A stretch of 64,000 bases of DNA from Trypanosoma brucei. Taxonomy: Eukaryota. Every line of letters starts with the position of its first letter. Positions within the stretch are counted from its first letter, which is position 1. The notes under the pieces were generated by a model, which had not been told where the DNA came from, searched no databases, and saw nothing but the letters and a program-made list of their open reading frames with translations. The translations under genes and the position numbers were made by a program. The DNA is taken from positions 1,408,001-1,472,000 of the forward strand of contig CP000071.1 in NCBI GenBank assembly GCA_000002445.1, written 5' to 3'. This document shows, one piece after another, positions 10,180-21,444 of the stretch.

Positions 10180-11031
10180 CTACAACCGAATTTGCATCAA
10201 GTCGTCATATTCTTCATCTCCATCGCGGGGACGTTTCTTCGTCTCGACCGCCTTCGTTATACTCTTTAGCAACTGCGCTTGCAGATCACCCCGTTGAATA
10301 ATTGACTGTAGTTGCTGATCTTCGCTGACACCCATCTTTACGTACGAAACGGCTCGTTCAAGAGGATTCGGGGCTTCCTGTTTCGCCTGCAGTTTGCGAA
10401 GCTCCTTCCACCCTCCACGCTTCTTTTTCACTTCTTCGCCGCGAACAAATACGTGTGGAACAGGAAGCGCCTGTGTGTCCGTAGAGCTCACCTTTCCTTC
10501 TGTCAGTAGCAGCTCGAAACTGTGCCGTAACTTCTCTAACTCCGCACCACCAAATGCACCATCTGGAGAACTGCCAGAGATATCAGTTTTCAGGGCAAGA
10601 CAGCACTTGCGGGCAAATACAGCGATCCCTTTCCTAGCGGCCTGCAGGTCATCAGCCCTCACGCACTCGTCACCAAAGAACTCCACAAACACGGGCGCCT
10701 CTGCAAGGTAACCGGCACGCAAGTGATGGCCGTTAGCTGAGGCTCCGTCCTCCTCCATGCCAATGTGCCGCAGTGCTGCGTCGGAAAGACGCGCCAACGC
10801 AGCAACACTACCCACCTTACGCATTAATTTATTTACTACAGCGTCGCCCACCAGCATGCACAGATTTGGTACAGATGTAGGACTGTTCTCTGCCATCTGC
10901 TTCTCGTTCGATCTACCTATGAATCCTTCCAACACCCCAACAGTGCTCAACGTTGCCTTCTGCGGGAGCGCCCATTTAAATGGAAAGGAAAGAGTAAGAT
11001 AAACAAAAGTTGGTGCAGGCGAATAGGACAT
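10180..11031 (-). CDS. Hypothetical protein (~284 aa from the ATG at 11031) with a possible degenerate PWWP/Tudor-like segment (GDAVVNKLMRK...FVEFFGDECV) and an acidic/basic C-terminus.
   Basis: The listed ORF 10180..11226 starts in sequence that translates a poly-A/CA tract (FFCVCVFFF), so I moved the start to the first plausible ATG (MSYSPAPTF...). Poly-pyrimidine on the minus strand immediately upstream (11060-11100) fits a splice-acceptor region. Confidence 0.5.
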   Translation of the reverse strand: MSYSPAPTFVYLTLSFPFKWALPQKATLSTVGVLEGFIGRSNEKQMAENSPTSVPNLCMLVGDAVVNKLMRKVGSVAALARLSDAALRHIGMEEDGASANGHHLRAGYLAEAPVFVEFFGDECVRADDLQAARKGIAVFARKCCLALKTDISGSSPDGAFGGAELEKLRHSFELLLTEGKVSSTDTQALPVPHVFVRGEEVKKKRGGWKELRKLQAKQEAPNPLERAVSYVKMGVSEDQQLQSIIQRGDLQAQLLKSITKAVETKKRPRDGDEEYDDLMQIRL

Positions 11032-11243
11032 GGTAAGGTGGAAAGAGTCATAAGAAATGGCCGTATACACCGCAAAAAAAAAAACACACACACAAAAAAA
11101 ATACGTCTCGATGCGCTCTGCGGCCCAACAACAACCAGCGTTAATTAGTGTGGACGGGTACACCGCTTCCTTCCGCGGAAGCTCGACGTGCAGATCCTCC
11201 GAAATGGAAATATGCTGAAGCGACAATAACTAGGTACCCTTCC

Positions 11244-12482
11244 TCACGTCGTAGCGGTGTCGCGGTGCCTTTTTTTTTTTATTCCACGCACCCCACACTC
11301 AGCCTTAAGTTGCTCCACAAGTTCATCACACTCTCCCTGAAGCCGCCGTTCACGCTCCTCCTCGCACCCCAATCGTCCATATGCCGCTGACGACAGTGGA
11401 AGCGCTGAGCGCACGTTTGCCGTCCACTTCACCGTCTGCGTGGGTGGACACTGCCCGACACGGACACAAGCAGATCCCCACGTACTCCAACCATCGCTAG
11501 CGCGGGAAAAAAGTGAATTGCCTTTCTCCTTAGTCTGCAACACCTCTTCCACTCGAATATGCAAACGAGAACACGAAACGGAAACCCCTTGTCTCGGATT
11601 TTGCTGCGATTGAACTAGCTGAGGTTTCTTCAACCGCCTAAAGTTGGAGGAAAGCCAAAAGTTTGCAGCATCGTGTCTCCATGTTGCGATCGCGCCATCG
11701 TCCAAGTTGCGATCCCGTGATTGAAAAATGGCGGTGAGACCGTTCTCGTCTACATGAAGAGCAGCAATGAACAGGTCGCTCGGTGACTCACTCGTGTGCC
11801 CTTCTCCACTGTCTTCCGTCTCAGCGCTGGCAGCAGCTTCCGTATTCCATGCGTAACGCCGCATCCAAAATGGTTCTTCCCGCTGCAACAACGGTTCAAG
11901 GGGGCGATCGTTATCATACAAATCCACACGTGCCAACTGTGTGCCGCCGACGTAACACATAGTTTCATCAGGCGCAAGGGCTAGGCAACGTACAGGGAAA
12001 CCAACGCGTACTTCACAAAGAAGTGTGCAAGACGAAGTATCGAAAATAATGATGTGCCCCCCAACGCTGCATGTCGCCAGCCACGAACCGGTTGAGAAGA
12101 AGGCCATGCACGTTACCGCTAGCGTATGTCCATGCAGGCGGACCGCCCGCCCGTTCGTATTTGTAATCATACTACTGATCGGCTGGACGGCGGGTGTTGC
12201 GTCGTGCCCGGCAGAGGCAACAAGATACGCCGAGGAAGCAGCTAGGCAGTGGACCGGACCGTAGTGTAGAGCGCGGGCGTACACGCAATCACAGGTAATA
12301 TTTTCAGAGTCGGAAGGTGTAGCAGAGCCAATAAAAGCGTCACCGTCTGTATATGCAAAGGCCAACACACTCCCTGCGTCAGTGCCCACCACGACAGTGC
12401 AATTGACTGTCAACAAAGCGGTAACATAGGCACCTTCGTATAGACTAGCACCAAAGGCGTCTCCTACACCTAGCGTTGTCAT
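11244..12482 (-). CDS. WD40-repeat protein (~412 aa).
   Basis: The listed start at 12485 is GTG; the ATG is at 12482. WD-like repeats are present (GHTLAVTCMAF...GHIIIFD, VRCLALAPDETMCYVGG). No specific family recognised. Confidence 0.6.
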   Translation of the reverse strand: MTTLGVGDAFGASLYEGAYVTALLTVNCTVVVGTDAGSVLAFAYTDGDAFIGSATPSDSENITCDCVYARALHYGPVHCLAASSAYLVASAGHDATPAVQPISSMITNTNGRAVRLHGHTLAVTCMAFFSTGSWLATCSVGGHIIIFDTSSCTLLCEVRVGFPVRCLALAPDETMCYVGGTQLARVDLYDNDRPLEPLLQREEPFWMRRYAWNTEAAASAETEDSGEGHTSESPSDLFIAALHVDENGLTAIFQSRDRNLDDGAIATWRHDAANFWLSSNFRRLKKPQLVQSQQNPRQGVSVSCSRLHIRVEEVLQTKEKGNSLFSRASDGWSTWGSACVRVGQCPPTQTVKWTANVRSALPLSSAAYGRLGCEEERERRLQGECDELVEQLKAECGVRGIKKKRHRDTATT

Positions 12483-12938
12483 CACTGCCGACCGGCCACA
12501 CTTTTCTTCCCCGTTCTCAATATTGTGATGAAAATAACGTTGGAAAGGATGTAGCAGAGGAAAAGGTTATACGCTAAAGAAATGTGAGGGACGTAAACGG
12601 AGAATAGTAAGGAATATACCAGGCAGAACAAGGCGACCAACCAACACGTCGCGTTACCTCGTGGGATTACCCTCTCCCCGGATGTTTAGTCGAGCACAAG
12701 CACCGCAGACGCTTTCCCTTTAGCACCGTTCACAACAAGAGAGGGCGTACCCGCTCCTCCGTCGCGCGTGTAAATATGCACAGTCTTAAGTAACGAAGAA
12801 AATGGAGAAAATGCGGACGATACTTTAATACTACTCAGTAAGCTCCACCACAGACGAAGGGAACGGCGTTTCACCCGCCCACCCACACGCACACACCTTG
12901 TTTCCGTTCAATCTTATTATTTAATCCCTTCCTTCTGT

Positions 12939-13772
12939 TCAATGTGCCTGCTCAGATGCCTGATGGCTCTTCATGTGGAGAAGCATATTACTCCCCCCTG
13001 GAAGGAAGGTTACGTTTCGCATTGGTATGAGCTTTGATGCTATGTCCACAGCCGCTTCAATTCTTCGCAGCTCCAACAGTCCCCCTCCCGAGCGTTGAAT
13101 GGCTTCCGAGATCAGGCGGGCAGACTCCGCCTCACCTTCGGCGCGAACAACAGCGGCACGCCTCTTTTGCTCATTCTCTAGCACAACGTAACGGAATCTC
13201 TCTGCCTCCTGCTGTGCAACCTGTTTCTGCTCTACAGCCACCATGAATTCCTTACCGAACTGAATATCCACAAGCGATAAGTCTTCCAGTACAAGGCCGA
13301 ATTGTGATACTTTGCTCTGCATCAGCTGGTATATGCGCGCGGACACGACGTCGCGCTTCTGAATCAGTTCCTCGGCCTTGTACTCGGCCACAACTGCTTT
13401 GAGAATTTCGTTGCTGATAGAAGGAAGAATACGTTCGTCATAATCCATGCCGAACTCACGGTATATCTGTGGCAACCGATCCGTCTGCGGACGGAAGAGT
13501 ACACGAAGACTTATGTTCACCATCTGAAGATCTTTTGTGCCGGTCATGGTCTTCAGCACACGAGGCCGAATGCGAATATTAAATACCTTGATTTCATCGA
13601 GCCCTAAGATACGGCACTGCAAACCCTCGCCATACACGGAGTCCTTCAGACCAGTGATCCTATTGTAGAGAATGGCAGCTTCACCAGGATATACGACAAA
13701 GCAGCAGCTGTAGAATCCAGCAGAGGCAGCTGTAACTCCAAGCATAAACCGCTGGACAAATCTGAAGCTCAT
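12939..13772 (-). CDS. PHB1: Prohibitin 1 (SPFH/band-7 family), 277 aa.
   Basis: Strong similarity to PHB1 across the protein: TGTKDLQMVNISLRVLFRP...DYDERILPSI...FGKEFMVAVEQKQVAQQEAERFRYVV...AEGEAESARLISEA. Start ATG confirmed. Confidence 0.9.
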   Translation of the reverse strand: MSFRFVQRFMLGVTAASAGFYSCCFVVYPGEAAILYNRITGLKDSVYGEGLQCRILGLDEIKVFNIRIRPRVLKTMTGTKDLQMVNISLRVLFRPQTDRLPQIYREFGMDYDERILPSISNEILKAVVAEYKAEELIQKRDVVSARIYQLMQSKVSQFGLVLEDLSLVDIQFGKEFMVAVEQKQVAQQEAERFRYVVLENEQKRRAAVVRAEGEAESARLISEAIQRSGGGLLELRRIEAAVDIASKLIPMRNVTFLPGGSNMLLHMKSHQASEQAH

Positions 13773-14339
13773 AATTCCCTCTTATGTAAGTGCCTCTTTC
13801 TCTTAGCTCTTAACTAACGAATGTACATGGCCAAAAAGGTGAAAAGGCATTCGCGGGAGTGCATGAGGCGGAACCACAGCAAAGTTGCAGCTTAAACATT
13901 AGAGACACTTCTTTACCACATGCACGTACACGAGACAACATTAACATTGTTTCCCTCCTATCCTAAAGCAAAAGTGGATTCCGCAGAAACGTTCACACCA
14001 ACGCGTCAACGTGACCACATAGGCCACATCAAATTTGCTTAGCGACAGGTCACACGACCGCACTCCCCTGTACCTAGCGGGCCATCGCTTACACACTCTG
14101 TTTCCCCTGCTTATTTGCGTTCGACTTATTCTCTCTTGTCCCGACGTCGTTTACGTTATCGCGCACTGGTGTTATTTAAACTTTGTCTCTTCCTTATGCA
14201 TTAGTGAAAGCAGGTGAATTACTCTCCTCCATCTTTAATCGCGCTGCGGCCCCTTCACCCACTCTGACGGCGAGACGCCACCAGAGGTGCTGCCAACAAC
14301 GAACTTCACCCTTCTTACGCTGTTCCCTATCCGCTCACA

Positions 14340-16208
14340 TCAAGTCAAGGTCCCCTTCCCAACTGTAGCCTTCCTGAAAGCATCTTTTACTTCAGCGTCA
14401 ACCTCTCCTCCGGGAGTCCCAAGCCACTCATGCAGTGTTGCGTCGTCCACGAGACCGTTAGCATGCAATGAGGAAATGATGTGCCCGGTAATCTGTGCCC
14501 TCCCAAGTTTCGTCATTGTTACCAACGACTGCACCACAGGCAATGAAAATATGGCATCCTCTTTCTTCTCAGGAGGAGGTATTTTGCCCCAGAACTCCAT
14601 CAAAGTGCTGAGAGACATTTCATCTGGGTCACGCAGCATACCATACGCCGTGCATAGAACTCGCACCGCGTCGTAGTACACATCCGTCTTCACATCGTCG
14701 CCAGAAGTGAACCTCAGCATGTTGGCGAAGCGTTCGCTAAACTTCGGTACATCCTCAAGTATTCCCTCTTCAATGGCTGAGGAAAGAGCGGCGGCAAACC
14801 CGTTAAACACCTGATCATCCTCCAAAAACAGGCCGATAACCATAAGTCTGCTGGCTTCACACTGAGCATCCTTCCTCGTCGTCATACAGGCCTCCCGCAC
14901 CACCTGGGCCGCCACTGCCGTGGGAAGGTCCATGTCAGGTATCGGTCGGGCCCCACAATCACGGAATTCCTCCTGCCAATTGGGCAGGCACCCGGTTCTG
15001 TAGCCACTTAGCCACTCCTGAAAAAGCGAACGTACACGTTCCTCAAAAGCCACAGACTCCGTAACGGTCATCTCGTGATCATCACACGCCACTATCTCCG
15101 ACTTCACAACATCTCGCCAAGCACGCGACTTCAATCCCTCTCGCGCATCTTTTCCCACCGTTGAAGCCGCTGCTCGCTGGCCCAGTGCAGAGTCACACGG
15201 ACCCGCACCCTTCCCTTTCTTCGATCCGCTACTGCTTGCGTTACTCGAGTTCGGCGTCGTTGAGGAACGCACAGCCCTGTCAGAGGCACGAGGTGGTTCT
15301 TTCTGTGTCGCAGCGGACGTTTTCGGCATTACAGTCTCGCGCGACTCCCAGTTACGATCACGCCGTAACTCTATGAGGTCCAACATTTTGAAGCATATGC
15401 GAGGAGGGTAAATCTTCTGGTCTTTTAGGCCCTCCAGAACCTTAAAATAGGCATCCAATTTCGGTCGGAGTTCAGCGATGGAGTCAAGGCTCTTGCCAAC
15501 AATAGTGAAGAGCACCGTGAGAAACTCGAGGTCTTCGCTCGCCGGGTAACCCCCTTTTTCAGGTTGCATAATGATGTTGATAATATCCATCATTGTACTG
15601 TGTGAAAGAACTTTGTGCAGGAAGAGCTCTCCAATGAATCGCATGTTTGCTACCTTGCGTCTCATGAAGGACGACCTTTGCTGCTCCACCTCCTCTTCAG
15701 AGAGTCCCTCCGATGAAGGAACATTCCGGCGGTTTTGAAACTCCGTCTGCGCGATCCCGACAACGGCATTGCGCAACTTTGACAGTCTCTTGCCCTCCTT
15801 CTGTTTCTGTACGACGTTGAGACTTACTTCATATTCCGCAAGCTTGTAGCACAGACCTGCATAGACGTTACTGTTTTCAGGCTCCCCTAGCGCTTTATTA
15901 AAGATAATCGAAACCGTCTTCTTAAGCATCTCATCTGAAGAAAATATGGTATTTGTCTGAAGTTGCGAGACTATCTCGTTGAAATTAGCCGCACTCAGCT
16001 TATTTAATGACCCGTAGACGAGGCGCTCGACCCACTCAGCTGTGGTTTTTGCCGATCCACGCGCGGCCCATGCGTTGGGTCCACGCACCAGTTTCGTCTG
16101 TGTTTGCTTCTTTCTGCGGCAAGCCTCCTCAAGTGAAAAGCCGGGGTACGGTGGCTCCGGGTAGAGCGACCGCAGTTCGAGAATTTGGTCGATGGTGTAG
16201 ACGTGCAT
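14340..16208 (-). CDS. EIF4G3: eIF4G-family translation initiation factor with a MIF4G domain, 622 aa. Size and neighbourhood fit trypanosomatid EIF4G3.
   Basis: MIF4G hallmarks are present (LNKLSAANFNEIVSQL...IFNKALGEPENSNVYAGLCYKL). The N-terminal YTIDQILEL resembles a Y-x4-L-phi eIF4E-binding motif. There is a Ser-rich linker. It sits next to PHB1 and U1-70K, as I recall for T. brucei chromosome 8. Confidence 0.7.
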   Translation of the reverse strand: MHVYTIDQILELRSLYPEPPYPGFSLEEACRRKKQTQTKLVRGPNAWAARGSAKTTAEWVERLVYGSLNKLSAANFNEIVSQLQTNTIFSSDEMLKKTVSIIFNKALGEPENSNVYAGLCYKLAEYEVSLNVVQKQKEGKRLSKLRNAVVGIAQTEFQNRRNVPSSEGLSEEEVEQQRSSFMRRKVANMRFIGELFLHKVLSHSTMMDIINIIMQPEKGGYPASEDLEFLTVLFTIVGKSLDSIAELRPKLDAYFKVLEGLKDQKIYPPRICFKMLDLIELRRDRNWESRETVMPKTSAATQKEPPRASDRAVRSSTTPNSSNASSSGSKKGKGAGPCDSALGQRAAASTVGKDAREGLKSRAWRDVVKSEIVACDDHEMTVTESVAFEERVRSLFQEWLSGYRTGCLPNWQEEFRDCGARPIPDMDLPTAVAAQVVREACMTTRKDAQCEASRLMVIGLFLEDDQVFNGFAAALSSAIEEGILEDVPKFSERFANMLRFTSGDDVKTDVYYDAVRVLCTAYGMLRDPDEMSLSTLMEFWGKIPPPEKKEDAIFSLPVVQSLVTMTKLGRAQITGHIISSLHANGLVDDATLHEWLGTPGGEVDAEVKDAFRKATVGKGTLT

Positions 16209-16809
16209 TGATCACCAGCTTCTCCAACCTTTCCTTCGACGTTATCGGAGATGGTCCTCACTCCCGCTCTGGCGTACTCCCCTCCCCACCCTCTAACACC
16301 CAAAGCCTGCCGGCTCCACAAACGCCGGTGCTGAGGCACCCTCAAACACACCCAACTCTGTTTAATAGAGCCGGTGGCGGGTCTCTCTGTCAATAAGGTG
16401 TAAAGTAGTGAGGGAAAAAATATATACACACGTACTACTCTGGTTCGCTGTAACCTCCTTTTTGACCCGTAAATAGGCTAAAAAGAAACAAAGCATAGGT
16501 TGGGGCGTAGGCGAATAAGCAAAGTTAACTCGAAGGGTGGAAACACACAAAGGTTTAAAATAACCAAGAAATTCTGTAATACAGGAATGTTGTTGTCTCC
16601 GGAGCTTTCTTGTGAGTGCTGCCAAACAGTTAGCGCCGTAGTGGCACATACACACACAGACAAAATAGTTACTGTGACGTGGTATTCAAACCATCGGCAT
16701 ATGGAAGGAACACAAATGCTAACTGGCAAGCACGTGTGTCCAATACCAGTGTATGTGGTAAAGATGAACAAAAGGTTGTAGGAGGGAGGGAAACGGCAGC
16801 ACCGAGGGA

Positions 16810-17646
16810 TCACGTAATACTCATGATATCATCCAGAAGGATGTCCACATCATCACGGTGTCTCAGTTCACCTCCCGATGGCTCCAGCTTAGTTGGAGCC
16901 TCCCTTGATCGATCTTGTTGCCGTTCGGTCTCATTGCGCTGGCGCTTGCCAATTGGCGTGTCTCCAGACGGCAAAACGGGGGAATTGATCGACGTTCCCT
17001 GCAATTTCACAGCTTTTGCAATGCGTTTCGGCAGAAACTCAGGTTCCTGCCGCCCTCGCTCCACGTCGATCACAACACTCCGACCGTGAAGCCGCCTCTT
17101 TCCACTACTTGCAACTGCTCTCTGCACATCCGCCTCCCGTCCAAACTGCACAAAGCCATACCGTCGGCTGTGACCATTACGGTCAAAAATTAGACGAGTG
17201 CTGACCACACGACCAAACTGCTCGCTGAAGATGCGGATGTCCTCCTCCACCGTTTTGGCGTGCAACCCCGACATCACAACTGTGCACCGCGGGTCCGAGC
17301 ATATATTCAAATCTGTATACGGATTGCGGCGATTCATCTCCGACTTCATCTGCTCCAACCAGGCCGAACGCTTAGGGTCAGATTTCTCTGCTGCTGCAAC
17401 GGGCCACGCATTCATTGACGACGACGAAACCACAGGCGGTCGCTCAGCGGCAACAAGCTCCAGTGCCCGCTTGTGAAATATATGGACCGGACTCGAAGCT
17501 ATTGGCTCACGACGTCGGCGGCACTGGGGGACAAACGGTGGGGGTGGCCTGCTCTGAAAAAAAGCCGCCTTCCATCGCATGTGCTCCTCGACCCTCCGCT
17601 GGGCGTTTTTTTTGTGGACCAGGTCTTCCTCACCAGGGGTCTGCAT
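16810..17646 (-). CDS. U1-70K: U1 snRNP 70K-like RRM protein, 278 aa.
   Basis: An RRM carries U1-70K-specific flanks: DPRCTVVMSGL (compare DPFKTLFVARL), RRYGFVQFG, and RSVVIDVERGRQ (compare RRVLVDVERGRT). The C-terminus is RD/RE-rich. Confidence 0.65.
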   Translation of the reverse strand: MQTPGEEDLVHKKNAQRRVEEHMRWKAAFFQSRPPPPFVPQCRRRREPIASSPVHIFHKRALELVAAERPPVVSSSSMNAWPVAAAEKSDPKRSAWLEQMKSEMNRRNPYTDLNICSDPRCTVVMSGLHAKTVEEDIRIFSEQFGRVVSTRLIFDRNGHSRRYGFVQFGREADVQRAVASSGKRRLHGRSVVIDVERGRQEPEFLPKRIAKAVKLQGTSINSPVLPSGDTPIGKRQRNETERQQDRSREAPTKLEPSGGELRHRDDVDILLDDIMSIT

Positions 17647-18399
17647 CTAATAGTTAATGGTGTCAAAAGATAGAAGAGAGCACAGAGGGGTGGTGAAAAC
17701 ATACCAGCAGAGAAATAAGGTTAAGGAATTCAACGTTGAGTGACTATCTTCGAGAGTCAAGCGAAAGTATATGTTACAACATTGCTGACCAAAAGTTAAT
17801 TTCCCGGAAAAAAAAATGATTTACCTGGGCAAGTTGTGTCCCTTTTTCCCCTCCCTTTATCCAATCAAATCCCCTCATTCTGTTTAAGAACAGGAGAAGC
17901 AAATCCCCGCGGGGATGGGGAATCGGACTATCTCGACCGAGGTCACTCGCTAACCACTCTAGTAACATATAATATTTTTTTCGTACCACACCGTTATGCG
18001 TTACTGAGACGGGAGAACATGCGGAGTTTTCTTTCAATCACTACTCGTGTGATGGAGAGCAAACGTAAATGAGCACAATATTTAATAGCAAAATTACTGC
18101 AAACGATTTTTGGACAACGCCAAAGGCAAGAAGAAAGCGTTCAAAAGGAAAAAATCAAAAAACAAGACAAGAGACTAAATTAAGGGTGCAGGTAATTCAA
18201 AAATATCCAGTGGTGAGTCCACCTCGTATACACGCTCACCGTTCTACTAGCGACATTTGGGGAGCTTTTATTTCTATGGACGAAGACGCATCGACCACAG
18301 CGCCCGACGCAACACAGCAGAGCCTATTGTGGAATGTAAAATTAGCAATAAACACTGATATTAAGTGAAGGAGAAGTGCAAATTAAAAGAAGATATTTT

Positions 18400-21300
18400 T
18401 CAATAGGGTCCCAAAGTCGATGCGCTCCTCAATGAGAGGTGACGCGTTGAGGTCCGAGAGGGTGTCGTCGCAGCTGTCGTGGATGTTTGCGGAACACTAT
18501 TTGTCCCCTCGGCAGCGCCAACGTAGCAATTGAGCACCGGAAGAGGGTTCACGACAAGACCCTCGTCGCGGAAATGCAGCCACATCGCGGAAGATCTAAA
18601 TATATCCAAGCGTACAAGAACGCGAAGTTCTCCTGGCGTCAAACGGACCCCTTTACTCCGTTGACGACTTAGTAGTTGCTCTCTCGTCTCCGCATACACG
18701 GCTAAAGGTACATGCCACTCTCTACAAAAGTTCACACCACGGTCCCCAATTCGGAAAGCCATCCCGTCATCACTTATTCCCATTGGTAATTCGAAACGAG
18801 GCCACAGACCTGTGACATGACTAAGGCCAATCACCCATGCCTCGAATTCAGGTGGAGAGTCACACACAAAATCTACTCGTTCTTCTCTCCCGTACGAGTC
18901 CTTTTCGTGCTGTGTGTGAATAACACCCCAACTGGTGTAACACACACCCCCAACAGAGTCTTCTTTGACGCGCCCCAACAGAATACTTGTTATCAAACAA
19001 AGCGGGAAGGAGCCCTCCTTCCCTAGAGAGCCAACAACCGACCAGCACAAGCGGGGTTCTCTAGACTTGACATCTACATAAATAAGTCGACTGTGGCATG
19101 TACCATCACTGTTAAACTTTCTGACTTTACCCCCCATCTTCATGAAAGAAGCAACGTCATCCAAAAACTCGGGGTCATCATACTTTGTCTGGTGGACCCC
19201 CTTCTCCTTTTTGCGGGAACGGGTGTTTGCCCCAATATCAGCATCCACGCGCATCCAGTACGGGAACGGTTGGGCCGCTAACTCCTTTCCCTTAGGTGTC
19301 CACGGTCCCAGCACTGAGCGTAATACTTCACGGTAATTCCTGCCACCCCCTTCGTTAAAATGCGTGGTCGCGCTATCTGTCACAGCACGGGCCATGCTGA
19401 GCCTCCACATCTCCAGCACCTCTTCATTTTGCGACTGGTACCGATCCTGCTCTTCTTCTAGTAGAGTCGAAAGTTGTTTGTTCCTGTACATTAAGTTACA
19501 CATTGTGAGACACGTTGTTGCTAATTCAGCTGCCTCTCCCACATCAGACGAAATTTCAGACAATTCATCTTCTCCCTCCTCGTCGTCCCATTCTCCCCCC
19601 AGTTCCCAATGAGTCGACTCTTCACCAGAGTAATCGTTGTAAGCACCGCCGTTGTGACCTCCATTGAGGTGGGCCTCACTATACTCTAATCCGGTGATCA
19701 CGTTGTCTGTCTTTTCAATGTCCGTCGCAACGAGTTTACAACGCTGATGGAGCTGACGGCGCATGGAGCGAGTATCTCTATAGTCGGTAGCTTCCTTCAC
19801 AAGTCTCCTTTCCCACGCCTGCCACTCGTCTGTAGTCAATGGGCCATCATCCGCTGAGGCCGTCTCTAAGCGCGAGTGAAGCTCCATGTACCCATTTTTC
19901 CACTCCTCAACCATTTCGTCACACAGCTCGCGCCGCAATTCCTCTTGTCGCTCCTCCTCGTTTGCAGTCTCCTTCTCTGACGCGACAGCTTTCAGTGCAT
20001 CACATAGGGTAAACATACCAATATATCGTGCATCAGAGTCCCTGAGGCGTATATTGAAGGCCGTGTCGTACAGAAGATTGTTTCTATCTGCTGCCACATG
20101 CTTTATGACCTCTGGGGGGGAAAAGCTGTGCTTTTCCCGAGCGATGGCCAAATCTGCAGATAACTCCGCAAAGCACCGAACTGACGAGTGGAAACTCCCT
20201 GCTTTTGGCGAATCGAGGTCATTATTTGTGTTGCGGATAGCGGTGGAAGATACCTTGAGCTCTTTCACTTTGTTGGCGAAGTGAAGAGACGAAACCGTCT
20301 CATCGAATGTAAGCACAGTTGGGCTCACCGTTACGATTAGAACGACGTGAGAATTTGGGGCGGCGAAAGTGTCGCGAAGAACGGTTGTGAGCTTTGTGTT
20401 GCGATACGGGATGTGCGCCGCGCCCTCATACAGGGCATGCACAACACTTCCTAATGCAGTCAGTGACGAGTTAATTTTTTTAAGCTCGTCAAAACCAATA
20501 CTATTCACCTTGACGTTTCCCGGCTTCTCACTTCCCGCAAGATCTACCAATGACAACTTACTGTACATTACGGGAGCATTGGCATCGCCAAGTAGGTCGT
20601 TCGAAGCGTCAGCAAACAACGCATGTGTGTGCGATATGGGTCTCGTTCCCGGGGGGCACACCTGAGACGCTTCCTTCAAAGCTAAGCACTGTGGTAGAGT
20701 CAACGGTTTGGTGCTCACAGTTGTTATAGGCTGTTGGTACACCTCGATATTAAAAATTGCATGGGAACGGGACGATTTGTCGTTTCCGAAGGTCATTCGT
20801 TGCATACGTTTGGCCGATGCCTCCTGGTACACCCGCAGTGCATCGTCAAGCTCAAGGATCGGCACGTACTCAAGATTCGAAAAGAGAACGTGGTCCTTTG
20901 TGACAGCCATCTGCACAACCGCGGGGGACTCGCCAGCACTCAACAAATCTCTCACTTCTTCCAGGTAAATTTCAAGAGCGGAAATTCCAACAACAGTATG
21001 CGATGAATTTCTGCGCAAAGATGCGTAGTTCAGTATATCTTGAAGAGAGCGGAGGAGGACACCCGACTCACTTGTAATGAGTTCTCCATTTGCTGCCTCA
21101 GGATTTGTCACTCCAAGAATTGTATATGTCTTCCCACTCCCAGTTTGGCCGTATGTTAACAGCGACGAGTTGGTACCGCTTACCACGTTTTCTACCGCAG
21201 ACAAAGCGAGCGCCTCGTATACCTCCTCCTGCGTCGCATCTTCATCAAACACGCAATCGTACGCAAAGTGAACCGTGCGTCCATTCCCCACTGAGCAACC

Positions 21301-21444
21301 ATCACTTACCCGCAGTGTGGTGTCAGAAAGCACCGCGCAGGCTTTCTTCTGTTGGAACTCTGACACGTGCTGCGGATTCGCTGCTCCCTTCACCAGGGGC
21401 CGCACTCGCACACCAACACTAACCAAAGCGGAACTATTTACCAT
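18400..21444 (-). CDS. Kinesin-like protein with an N-terminal motor domain and a long C-terminal tail (~1014 aa from the ATG at 21444).
   Basis: Motor motifs VRVRPL, GQTGSGKTYT, SSRSHAIF, LVDLAGSEK and HIPYRNTKLT are present. The listed start at 21465 is GTG, so I use the ATG for MVNSSALVSVGVRVRPL. Confidence 0.85.
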   Translation of the reverse strand: MVNSSALVSVGVRVRPLVKGAANPQHVSEFQQKKACAVLSDTTLRVSDGCSVGNGRTVHFAYDCVFDEDATQEEVYEALALSAVENVVSGTNSSLLTYGQTGSGKTYTILGVTNPEAANGELITSESGVLLRSLQDILNYASLRRNSSHTVVGISALEIYLEEVRDLLSAGESPAVVQMAVTKDHVLFSNLEYVPILELDDALRVYQEASAKRMQRMTFGNDKSSRSHAIFNIEVYQQPITTVSTKPLTLPQCLALKEASQVCPPGTRPISHTHALFADASNDLLGDANAPVMYSKLSLVDLAGSEKPGNVKVNSIGFDELKKINSSLTALGSVVHALYEGAAHIPYRNTKLTTVLRDTFAAPNSHVVLIVTVSPTVLTFDETVSSLHFANKVKELKVSSTAIRNTNNDLDSPKAGSFHSSVRCFAELSADLAIAREKHSFSPPEVIKHVAADRNNLLYDTAFNIRLRDSDARYIGMFTLCDALKAVASEKETANEEERQEELRRELCDEMVEEWKNGYMELHSRLETASADDGPLTTDEWQAWERRLVKEATDYRDTRSMRRQLHQRCKLVATDIEKTDNVITGLEYSEAHLNGGHNGGAYNDYSGEESTHWELGGEWDDEEGEDELSEISSDVGEAAELATTCLTMCNLMYRNKQLSTLLEEEQDRYQSQNEEVLEMWRLSMARAVTDSATTHFNEGGGRNYREVLRSVLGPWTPKGKELAAQPFPYWMRVDADIGANTRSRKKEKGVHQTKYDDPEFLDDVASFMKMGGKVRKFNSDGTCHSRLIYVDVKSREPRLCWSVVGSLGKEGSFPLCLITSILLGRVKEDSVGGVCYTSWGVIHTQHEKDSYGREERVDFVCDSPPEFEAWVIGLSHVTGLWPRFELPMGISDDGMAFRIGDRGVNFCREWHVPLAVYAETREQLLSRQRSKGVRLTPGELRVLVRLDIFRSSAMWLHFRDEGLVVNPLPVLNCYVGAAEGTNSVPQTSTTAATTPSRTSTRHLSLRSASTLGPY

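Noticed and set aside
10180-11226. Listed 348-aa start of the hypothetical gene, and similar GTG/TTG-initiated track starts at 12485, 21465, 22657, 29049, 50996 and 52548.
   Set aside because: The ORF finder evidently accepts non-ATG starts. The N-terminal extensions translate poly-A/CA or UTR-like sequence, so I trimmed to the first in-frame ATG.
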